From Cenococcum geophilum (Eukaryota), in NCBI GenBank assembly GCA_050273025.1, contig CP158635.1, positions 27,342,001 to 27,406,000 of the forward strand: a stretch of 64,000 nucleotides of DNA, in the 5' to 3' direction. Every line of letters starts with the position of its first letter. Position 1 is the stretch's first letter. Shown piece after piece: positions 53,558 through 64,000 of this stretch. The notes beneath the pieces were generated by a model that saw nothing but the letters and a program-made list of their open reading frames with translations, did not search any database and was not told the DNA's origin. Position numbers and translations under genes: made by a program.

Positions 53558-53853
53558 CTCTACGAGGACCTCCACAAGAACCTCTGCAAGGACCTCCATA
53601 AAGACCTCCATAAGGACCTCCACGAGAACCTCTACGAGGACCTCCATAAGGACCTCTACGAGAACCTCTGCGAGGACCTCCATAAGGACCTCCACAAGGA
53701 CCTCCATAAGGACCTCTATGAGGACCTCCACAAGGACCTCTATGAGAACCTCTATAAGGACCTCTGCGAGGACCTCCACAAGGACCTCTACGAGAATCTC
53801 CACAAGGATCTCCACCAGGACCTCCACGAGGACCTCTATAAGGACCTCCACGA
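53558..53853 (-). repeat. 12-bp tandem array, ~24 units (GAGGACCTCCAC; minus strand CGT GGA GGT CCT = RGGP)
   Basis: Units counted from the sequence and from the 4-residue periodicity of ORF 53477..53908. Confidence 0.93.
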
Positions 53854-53984
53854 TTGCTTTATAGTTGATATTAATTATACCCTCTACCGTATTCCAATTC
53901 CCTACTAAACTTCTTCTCCTGATCTTGCTATGGCAGGGTTTGGAGGTTATTAGATCTCAAAGCAAGGGGATCTTACACTTGCTT

Positions 53985-54126
53985 ACGTTGCGGGGGTTAT
54001 TGCGGAGGTTACTGCGGATGTTACCGCGGAGGTTGCTACGGATATTACTGCGGAGGTTGTTACGGAGGTTGCTGTAGAGGTTACTACGGAGATTACTGCG
54101 GAGGTTGTAGTTACTATAGAGGTTGC
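53985..54126 (-). repeat. 12-bp tandem array, ~11 units (TTGCTGCGGAGG; minus strand CCT CCG CAG CAA = PPQQ)
   Basis: Periodicity is directly visible; RIP has turned several CAA/CAG into TAA/TAG. Confidence 0.88.
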
Positions 54127-56795
54127 TTTAGAGCTTATTACAGAGCTTAAGGCACAGGTTAAGATACGGCAGCCTAAGGAACTTAAGGTGTTTAATAGCC
54201 TAAGGTTATCTATAGTGTTGCTTATAGCTATCCATTATTAGGATTCCCTTAAGAGTTAAACTTCTTTTAGTGCTCAATCTCTTATAGAGTCCATTCGTGC
54301 TCTTCTTCTACGTTAAGGACTTGCTAAATATTATCTCTAATAGTACCCCCGTTTATAGGGACAAATACTCCTTTCTCCTAAAGGAAGTCTTAAAAATCTC
54401 AAATAATATAAATATTACCAAGTGCCCAGGTATTAGCAGTCCATCCCATAAAATCCTCCCTAAAATATTCCCACAGCTATAAATCGGCGTAGTATCTACT
54501 TCGGTAAAATAGAATATAGTATAGGAGAAAGCTATTAACTTGTTTTGCGGTATAAGTTGTTATATTAAGGGTAAATTCGTCCTAATTTTCGTTAATAAGT
54601 TTCGCGTACGTAGCTACCCCTAGTAGTAAGGAGTCTTTCCAGTTGTTTAACGTAACTATGGCCATATTTTCGGCTTACGGCTATATTATTAGGTGTCGTA
54701 ATAGAGATTGTAGAGTTATAGGAATTGTCGTTTAGTACGCGTTTGTGATATATACTTGTCGTTTAATACGCGTTCGTGGTTTGGTACGCGTTCAGACATA
54801 TATTTGCAATTATAGGGCTTAGGACCAGTTCTAGCCTTAAATCGCGAAGACTTATAAAGCGTGTTGTTCTGCGTAATAGACGCAAGAATCTATAATCTTA
54901 GAAAGGCTCAGAACCAGTTCTGGCCTTTTAGATCCTTAGATTTGTAGAAGAGTTCTATTTAAGGTTTAGGACTAGTTCTAACCTTAAAAGACAGCTTCCT
55001 CTAGCACAAGTAGCACTAGTATAGTGGCTCATCTCTTCTTGGTAATACCTAGCTGCTCTATAGTATAACAGTAAAGTTAACCACTAATTAGTGTTGGACT
55101 CATAAGGGGATATCACGTAGCTACGGTTCGTAGATAGTATGATAATTATTATTCTTATTAATTGATTCTTGTAAAGAAAGGGGGAGGGTAAGGAACCTTA
55201 GGTTCCTCGCTACGGTAGTGCCGCGGCGACATGTAATAATATGTGACGACCGCTTGCCTTATTCCTAACAAAGAGGTTAGGGGTTAATATATTACTTTAG
55301 TTCCAACACCCTTTTAATATCTTTTAGTATTATAGTAAAGATTTTATAGTCTTATTTTCTTACTAATAAATAAAAGGGTATAGCTTATACTATATAAATT
55401 TTAAAGGGTTTTAATATATTATCTTTACATTCTTTACTATAATTAGTAGTTATAACTTTATTATATTAGTTTAGGGTTTATAGTAAGGGTAATTTATATT
55501 ATATTAAATTTAAATAGTTATATATATATTTATAGGGTAAGTGGTATTTTAAGTAAATAACTTTAGTAGTAGGTTATACGGAATTTTAGTGTTTCTTTAA
55601 CCTAGCTAATTAAAAGGTTATATTATTTTAGCTATCCGTATCTAAGTATTACCTTATAATACTTTAAGGGTATTATAAATAAGGAAATATATTTAAAGTA
55701 TTTACTTATCCGTATCTTTATAAGAGTATAGTATATTAGTTTACTATATATTAAAGGCTTACTATTAAAGCCTTATAGGCCTTAGGGCTTATTAAGTTTT
55801 TTTTAAATTTAAGCGTTAAGTTTTTATGTAGTTTATATTAATAAAGCCTATACTAGTAGCTTCGCTATCTATAAGGATTTATACTTTCTTTTATTTTTTA
55901 AGTATTTAAATTTTGCTAAGTATATTAAGGGAGTTATATTATATATTAGCGCTAAAAGAGCCTAAATACTTATACTTTTCTACTTTTTATCCTAAGGCGC
56001 AACTTAGCCCTAAAATAATTTATTTTCTAAATTAATTAAAGATAAAATACTTTATAGTAACTAAGTATAATTTATAAAATAAGTATAACTTAAGGACTAA
56101 GAGGAGCTACGGCGGACCTTTTTAAAAGGGTAAGTTTAGTAATTTCTTTAAATATATCCCTTTTTACTATATCTAAAGTATTCTCTATTTACGGCTTATA
56201 TTTTTATTTATTAGTTCCTAAGGGTATATAGGATTAAGTAGTATTAAGGTTTATAGGGTTATATATAAGGCTTTTAGGTCTTAAAGACGGATCGCGCTTT
56301 AGGGTATATACTAGTTTTATAAAGTTTTAAATATAAGGTATAGTTAGCTTTAGGAAATAAGTCTATTTATTATATTAAAGGTCCTTATTAATTTATTAAT
56401 ATATTATAGCAAATTTAGGTAAGTCCTTTAGTAGTTCTCTACTTACTAACTATACTCTAATTTTATCTAAAATAGCTTAATAGAGAGTAGTAACTCTAGT
56501 AGCTTTATTCTAATTTAGTTTATTAATAAAGCTTAAATTTTTTAAAAAGAAGCTAGTAAAGTCTTAGTTCCGTTATTATAGGTTTTTAAGTTTAGTAATA
56601 GCTATATATTTACAGCTAGTGTTATTATATATTTATTCTAGTAAAGAGATAAAGATTTTAAAATTAATAAAGGTGCTATTATAGAAGAATAGGTCTATAG
56701 TTTATATAGCGTCTTTACTTAAATAAGATATTCTATAGCTAATTTTACTAGCTTTAGTAGGGTATTAGTTATAGTTTATTAAAAGTTTAAGATAG

Positions 56796-59700
56796 TGTTG
56801 GTAATATAGGGTAAATCACTAATACTACTTAAGTAGATACAGTAATGGAAAAGCTTGTTGTATTAAATAGGGGTAGGTGAGGAACTTAAGGTTCCTTACT
56901 ACGCTAGTGCCACGACAGTATATAACGGTAAGTTGCCTTATATAATGGTAATTTGCCACATATAAGGGTAAATTGTCTTATTCCCGACACTAGCAACTCT
57001 TCTTTTTATAATTACTATCTATATACAAACAGACCGTATACAGTAATACAACAGTGGGTAGAATATAGTAGACTTTAGTAGGTAACACGTCTTATTCTAC
57101 TAACCCGGACTTCTACTAGCTAATTATAATTTTCCATCCCTAGGATAGAAAATTGCTATTAGCTCGCTTACTACTAGCGCCTTAGCAGCCCTTGCCGTAT
57201 CTTTTACTCCCTTTTAACCTAACCTTTAACTTATATATATAGAGTATTTATATTAACGAACGTCTCTAGTGCCTTATTTAGGTTTGCCTTTATTATTATA
57301 TCTACTAGGTTATCTTAGCTATTAATCTATTAAATCTTAAAGAGTTTTTAACACTTATAAAATTGCTATAGTGCTATAATATTAATTATAAGGCGCTTTT
57401 CCTTTATAGTACTAAGCTTAACTAAATACTTATAGAGGGAATATAAGTCGGTGTATACAATTATAGGGATAATGGGGAGTTTAAGTCAATCTATAATTAT
57501 CTTTAAGGTAGTTCCAATTATAATTGCTATATTAACTCCGCCAACTATTCTATATATCTCTGACGCTAAAACGCTTTAAGTAACGCGTTTACTTTTAGTT
57601 AAGCTCTAATAGATAAGGTTACCGTAGATTATAAAGTTGCTCTCTCCGGTAGATTCGTTCGCGATAATAATCTTATATCCTAGCTAGGAGCTAAAATCTT
57701 TATTATTTATAAACTGTTAGTGTTATAGGGTAACTCACTAATGCTACTTAAGTAGATATAGTGAATGTTAGTTACAAAGCTTATTGTTTAAAATTAGGGG
57801 GTAGGTAAGGAACCTAAGGTTCCTCACTACACTAGTGCTGCGGCGACACGTAACAACATATAACGACCGCTTGCCTCATTCCTAACACTAGCAACTCTTC
57901 TTTTATAGTTGCTATCTATATATACTTATAGATTGCTACTATATAAAAATATAAAGCTAAGGAAAAGAAGAAGAAGAAATAAAGGGGAAGAGGTAGCGTA
58001 GGTAGATATACGGGTTTATACAAAGATATCAGTTCCGCTTACCGCTCTTAGCCAAGCTAATAGCAATTTTCTATCCCGGGGATGGAAAATCCTAATTGGC
58101 CAGCTCAATAAATAGTGTTAGTAAAACTCCACACTACTACCCAAATTAATTAGGCGCGGCACTCTTAGTAAGAATCTAACTAATTAGATAACTTTAACCG
58201 GCGGTTAAAGTTCTATAAGATCTTAACTTCTTTAAATTTCCCTCTTAACCTAACCTTTAACTCGCATATATAGAGTATTTATATTAATAAATATCTCTAG
58301 TGCCTTATTTAGGTTTGCCTTTATTATTATATTTACTAGGTTATCTTAGCTATTAATTTATTAGATCTTAAAGAGTTCTTAATGCTTATAGGACTGCCGA
58401 AGTGCTATAATATTAATTATAAGGCGCTTCTCCTTTATAGTACTAAGCTTGACTAAATACTTATAAAGGGAATATAAGTTGGTGTATATAATTATAGGGA
58501 TAATAGGAAGTTTAAGTCAATTTATAATTATCTTAAGGGTAGTTCCAATTGTAATTACTATATTAACTCTACTAACCATTCCATATATCTCTGACGCTAG
58601 AACGCTTTAAGTAATACATTTACTCTTAGTTAAGCTCTAATAGATAAGATTACTATAGATTATAAAGTCATTCTCTCTAGTAGATTTGTTTGCTATAATA
58701 ATTTTATATCCTAGCTAGGAGCTAAAATCTTTATTATTTATAAATAATCTATTAATAAATATGAATAGCTTAGCGGTAGGAAGATTAATAGGCACATAGA
58801 GTAGTCCCTAATTAAGATGGTTTATTTACTAAGAAAAACGCTTATTTAGGTTAAAAATATTATCCTTAATTAGTTTCTGGTATTAGGCGGCAATAAAGAG
58901 ATTAAAGGAAGCTTTGGGTTAATAGATAGAAGCCATATAAGCTTTATAAGCGCGTTACTCCATATATCCTTGCTTTAGAGAATTAACGTTAATAATATTA
59001 ATTTTTTTGCCTTAACCTTTCTAGCATAGGGCAATGGAATCCTTATTTAGGGAAATGATATATTTATTAAAGAGTAATAGTATTATTAAATTAAGTCTTT
59101 TCTTTGGCTTTATTATAAAGTTTACCTTTACTAGCTTATCTTCTTTAAGAGCTAAGAATTAGTCGTCTCCTAAGATAATTATATTGTCTATTTATATGCT
59201 AACAATTCTAAATAGAGTTCCTGTAGCTGTAATAAGAAAGTAGGGATTAAATATAGAAGTAGTTATTAAAAGCTTCTCTTTATAGTGCTTACTATAAGTA
59301 GCCTACTAATAAGTTCCTGCCTCTGTAATTCTATATAGTAGCTTAAGCATAACTATAATTATATCTTTGGGATATTGGTAGTAAATTTACTCTAAAAGGT
59401 ATGCTAGTATTAAGCGCTAAAGGCGTGTCTCTAATTGGGTATAGGCCTAGGTGATATCTTATAAATAAACCACTATTCTATTCTTTATTAAGGAGGGAGC
59501 TAGCGTAATAATAACTCGCTAATTAGCTTATTAAATTATAGGGGATTATATAAGAATTACTTCCTTACCGTTATTATTATAACCTTAAATAACTAGCCTT
59601 AACTTCTTAAATAGGGTATTGGTAGCTTTACCTTTAATCTTATTAACTATTCTTAACCTAAATATACAAACCCTATTAAACTTAGTAGGGTTATACTTCT

Positions 59701-62700
59701 TAAACTTAAAGACTTCTCTTATAATAAGACCGTTAATTTCCTACTTATTAGATGCTTGGAAAGGAGCTCCTAGAGTTATAATACGGCCTTCCTTTTAGAG
59801 CTGTTTTGCGAGCTTAAAGTTAGCCTTCTCTTTAGCTGTTATAAAGGCCATTAACAGCTTAACTCTATTCTTAATAGTGGTAATAAGTTACTCTTTAAAA
59901 TCGATAAGGTGTTAGCGGTTTTATAATCCCTTCGGGCGACCTCTACCGCGTCATAGTTGCGGCGTATCTACTATAGTTATATTAGGGTCGTAGTCGCCTT
60001 TTAGGGTATATTGATCGTGGTTCTCCTCTAGGGCATTTCCTAGGGTATCTTCTAGAGTATCCTATAAAGGCTTAGAACTATTATCTTTGTAGTAAGGCTT
60101 AATAATAGTTAAATAGAATTAAGTAGGTCTATAGGGCATCTAAAGAGTATAAGTTTAACCATTAATTGTAATAAGTTTATATAGGCCTGACTATCCTCCC
60201 TTTTTACGCCATACGCGTACCTTAGATTAGAGTGGCAGATTGAGCGTAGTTAAGGTATTTAGGCTATTTCTTATTCCTAGTGCGTTGTTAACCTAACGCG
60301 TAGCGTAGAGATGTCGCACCTCCTTTGTTACCTTGTGAATCGCCTCAGCTTATTATATAATAAAGGGAGATAGTAGAGAATCGTTAGTTATTTAAGGGTA
60401 GGCGCTAAAGACTAGTAATGTAGGTACGAGCCTATCTGGGCTAGTGGTATTATTAATAGCCTTAACAGCCATCTATAGGATAAGCTCTTCGCTAGCACCC
60501 TCTAGTTCTAAAGAAATGATCTTATATACGCGGCGTAATGGCGTATAGTATTGTTTTACCTTTTTAATACTATTATGTGCCTTAATGGGGACTTCCTTAA
60601 CCTTAATTGTTATTGCCTTTACCTATTATTAAAACTCTATAGATAAGAAGTTCTTTCCTATATTATAAACAATTTAATTAGGGGGTCCTAGGTAGATATT
60701 AATCCAGTATAATTAAAGAGTATCCTATACGTTCCTAGTTAATATATCTTTTAAAAAGCGTACGGCTTAGAAGGAGATTAAGAAATTAATAACTTAGAGT
60801 ACTAGCTTGCCACTAAAATATATAACATCTATAATGATATAGAAGTTAAAGTCGTAGTTATCTTTAAGGGTAAACTTAAATCGGCTAGGGGACTTCTAGT
60901 TTATTTGGCAGTAATGGTAGTACTTTATAAAATGTTTAATCGCCTTAACCTTAACTTTATAACCTGCTTATTAAAAAACCCTAAGCAGTTAGTGAACGGA
61001 TAGGTGGCTAAAACGATGATGTAGTTAACGTAGCTCTAACTTAGTTAAGTGACTTTAAGCAACGCTCCTTTCTGGCTATTAAAGGAGCAACTAAGGGTAA
61101 CCCTACTTGCGTATAATGGGCACCCGATTATCTCCCTAAATAAGTATATTCTTAAGGTTGTTAAGCTTAACGCCTAATTTATTTATATTTTAGATATAGA
61201 ATAGGAATAGGGTATTCGCGGGAATAATATAGAAAGTGATATATCCTAATAGGGTTTAGACCTTAATTGTGCTGAGAGAGATTATAGTACCCTTGCCAAA
61301 GCAAATTGTATATTAGCCTGCCGTTAATTAGTTAATCTAGATAGAACTATTAAGCTACTAAAGAGCTTGGACTTAAGGTTCTCCTACTATAGATACTCCT
61401 ACGGCTTTAGTATCTAGCATAATATTATAAAAGATATTCGCCAAGTATCTATTATTAAAGGAGAACGTAGAACTTTCCTTTAGCTCGTTAAAGATATCTA
61501 ACCTTATAACAAAATAGAGCGTAGATTAGTCATTAAGGATAGTAACGGTTTATACGCCATTTACCTCACTATACTCGGTAAAGTATTGGTCGAGAGAGTA
61601 GTCCTTAATTTTTATATCTATAAGAAGCTGTTTAGCCTCATTAATCTCACCCTTAAGATCTTCTTCGCCTTTATATTAAACCAGAAAGCTTTAAAAGTAG
61701 GCTATAGTAACTTCTTAGTTTCTGACATTTCGTGCGCTCTAGCGAAACTTATTATATACCTCCTTTTGTCTATTAAGGGGGTATCTAATTAACTAGTAAT
61801 TTGGCTTCTTATAAATGTAGCATTTCTTTTACTAATTATTGCGAAATAAACCTTTATAAGGACCTCCATAATTGCTTTATAGTTAACATTAATTATACCC
61901 TCTACTATATCCCCTGCTATAACTACTATATATTTAATTAGTCTAGTTATAATTATATTAGTCGGCCGGGTCAATTAAAGTAGGTTAAAATTGGGCGTTA
62001 AATTGCTGTACTTTTTAAGAGTATAGGGCGGTGCTAATAGAGGATCTTAATTAAGTATATACTCCTTTATAAGTACTTATAGGGTTAAAGAAAGCAAGGT
62101 TATATTCTTTAACACCTTAGTATACGCTAATAACTTAATCGCGTAGGCTAAAGTCCTCTTAATATAATTTGGATAAACCATACTAAATTATTTAAAGTTA
62201 ATTAAAGAGCTTTTAAAAACAATTAAGTCGAGAGGCACCTGGGTTTATAGCAATAATTCTTAAAAAGGTAGTCTCTCTCCACTCCAATATATACTACTAC
62301 TTATTCTCCTCTATTTTAAAGTGGCATCTTGTTTCATATATTATTTAGTTAAAATTATATCCTTTTCCTGCCAAATAATTATAATAGAAGGTACTAGCTT
62401 AGCCCTTAAGTATAACTAAATAAGCAATATAGTATTAATTGGGTTCTAGTCTAACCTTCTAGTAATAGTCGTAGAAGGTACGTAACTTTAAATTAAGGAT
62501 ATTATATAGTTCTCTACTAAACTTCTTCTCCTATTCTAAATAGAGCTTTATAAGCTCTATAAGTATTTTTAAGATACCTTTAATTAGTATTTAGCTGCAT
62601 TGTATTGTAGGCTATAATAGTAACATAGATCTAGTCGGCGGAGTTTAAAGGTTATTAGACCGCGAAGTAAGGGGATCTTATACTTATTAGGGGTTATTAA

Positions 62701-64000
62701 TTAAGGCTATAGGTTAAGCTAGTTAATATAGGGGAGTTAAAGACAGAGGTAGAGGCGATGGATATAGAATATTAAAACTCGTGCCTGGAGCGATAGAGTT
62801 AGAATACATCTTTAGTGGTATATTACTTAGGTTCCATCGTGATTTAAGCTTCTTTATAGTGCGTAGTTAGTACTTAATCTCTTATAGAGTCTATTTATGC
62901 TCTTCCTTTATATTAATAATGTGTTCCTAAATATTGTCCCTAATACTACCCCCATCTATAGGGACAAATACTCTATACTCCCAAAGGAAGTTACGGAAGT
63001 CCTATATAATATCTTTATTTATAAGAACCTATATTTCCTTTATCTATCTAATAAAGTCCTCCTTTATACAATACCATAGCGCGGTATTATTATATTTGCT
63101 ATCTTTATAGTGTTCTATATAGTATACTAAGAATCCATTTAGGTCCTATTACTTAGCGGTTATAAAGTTGGTTATAGCTCTGTCCTATATCTCCAGGTTA
63201 ATATCTTTCTTATACTTTTTTGGATAGGTTAACGCTATAGTAAGTAAAATCAACGAGGTGTTATACGTCGAAGGTAGGCAGGATTTTTGGTTTTGTAGGA
63301 TCTCGTAGGTTTACTATCCAAAGGTGGGCAATTTAAGATGTTGTTCGACGCGTTTTAGACATCGACTTAGGACCTTAGGTTTAGTAATACTTCTAACCTA
63401 AAGTACTTAACCAAATCTTTATAAACGTGATTATTCTACATAATAGACGCAACTTGGTATCTCCTAGTACTTAGTAACACTTCTATTACTAGTTTTCCGC
63501 AAATCTAAGGTAGTATAGTATTACCGGGATCCATTCCATATAAGCATATATAGCACCCCTATATAAGACTATCTCTTCTATTAATAACCTAGCTACTCTA
63601 TAGTTAACTGTGTATTTAACCACTAATCAGTGTTAGTGTTATAGGGTAACTTACCAATACTACTTGAGTAGATATAGTAAATATTAGTTATAAAGCTTAT
63701 TGTTTAGAATTAGGGGGTGAGTAAGGAACCTAAGGTTCCTTACTACACTAGTGCCGCGGCAACACGTAACGACACGTGACGACCGCTTGCCTTATTCCCG
63801 ATATAAACGATCTATTAATAAATATAAAGAGCTTAGCGGTAGGAAGGTTAATAGGCACATAGAGTAGTCCTTAGTCGAAATAGTTTATTTGCTAGAAGAG
63901 GCGCTTATTTAGGGCAAGGACGTCCTCTTTAGTTAGTTCTTAGTATTAAGCGGCAATAGAGAGATTAAAGGAAGCCTTAGGTTGGTAAATAGAAGCAATA
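56796..64000 (-). mobile_element. Copia-1 copy (3' LTR 56796-56989, 3' UTR, RNase H), interrupted at 57714 and resuming at 63804; runs off the right edge
   Basis: 194-bp LTR TGTTGG..CCGACA; RNase H sequence continues across the TAAAC duplication. Confidence 0.92.
57715..63803 (-). mobile_element. Copia-1 (gag subtype a) full-length copy nested in another Copia-1
   Basis: 173-bp LTRs 57715-57887 and 63631-63803; TSD TAAAC (57710-57714, 63804-63808); gag colinear with ~1830-3530. Confidence 0.96.

Larger units (their letters stand above)
52950..55270 (-). mobile_element. Non-autonomous Copia-1 derivative (2321 bp): 5' gag, low-complexity repeats and the extreme RNase H end; no PR/IN/RT
   Basis: LTRs 52950-53129 and 55092-55270; TSD AAGAG (52945-52949, 55271-55275); ACTAATTAGT at 55083; PPT retained; I-R-W-I-S-G-Q-D-N-P-A-D-A-M-T-K-A remnant ~53490-53555. 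Confidence 0.94.
24180..56795 (-). mobile_element. Gypsy-A, - copy, fragmented: 24180-24789 (3' LTR, UTR), 30740-31601 (chromodomain/IN), 44237-44998 (IN), 51481-52949 (RH/RT), 55271-56795 (PR, part of gag); 5' end lies beyond the window
   Basis: Fragments rejoin across four 5-bp TSD pairs. A-Y-I-D-D-I-L ~52372-52398; D-S-G-A-T-G ~55850-55870; C-F-R-C-G-K-K-G-H ~56150-56180. LTR 24180-24482. Confidence 0.92.

Noticed and set aside
53558..53853. CRISPR-like array
   Set aside because: Head-to-tail 12-bp units with no unique spacers, no cas genes, eukaryotic TE context.
53477..53908. 143-aa (LHKD)n ORF, and the 99-aa (VEVL)n ORF on the opposite strand, as novel repeat-protein genes
   Set aside because: Both are stop-free by-products of a 12-bp array. 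The frame continuous with gag is the minus-strand RGGP frame.
1..64000. Host genes, captured cargo genes, DNA transposons, tyrosine-recombinase (Starship-type) elements, tRNA/rRNA
   Set aside because: All sequence is accounted for by the retroelement nest; no TIRs, transposase/recombinase motifs or structural RNA genes were recognised by eye.

Overview
The window is entirely fungal (Pezizomycotina-type) repetitive DNA degraded by RIP-like C>T/G>A mutation. I found no host gene, RNA gene or intact long ORF; the short ORFs in the supplied track are antisense or off-frame artefacts of AT-rich TE sequence. Paired LTRs and target-site duplications (TSDs) resolve it into one nest up to four levels deep. 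The basal layer is an old Gypsy integrase remnant (Gypsy-C, 23146-24179), into which two copies of a chromodomain Gypsy (Gypsy-A) inserted tail-to-tail. The + copy (3699-23145) carries two Tad-like LINEs and Copia-1 copies. The - copy (24180-56795) carries Copia-1, two Copia-2 copies (one containing a Gypsy-B), a 2.3-kb non-autonomous Copia-1 derivative and a Copia-1-in-Copia-1 stack. Two observations stand out. (i) A small kit of CCAAT-associated palindromic modules is shared, shuffled, inverted and gained or lost among the 3' UTRs of unrelated Copia and Gypsy families, and a further short block is shared with a LINE. (ii) The non-autonomous element has a truncated Gag frame running into (PPQQ)n and about 24 RGGP repeats. 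All protein motifs are read by eye after mentally reverting RIP changes, and family names are my own labels.
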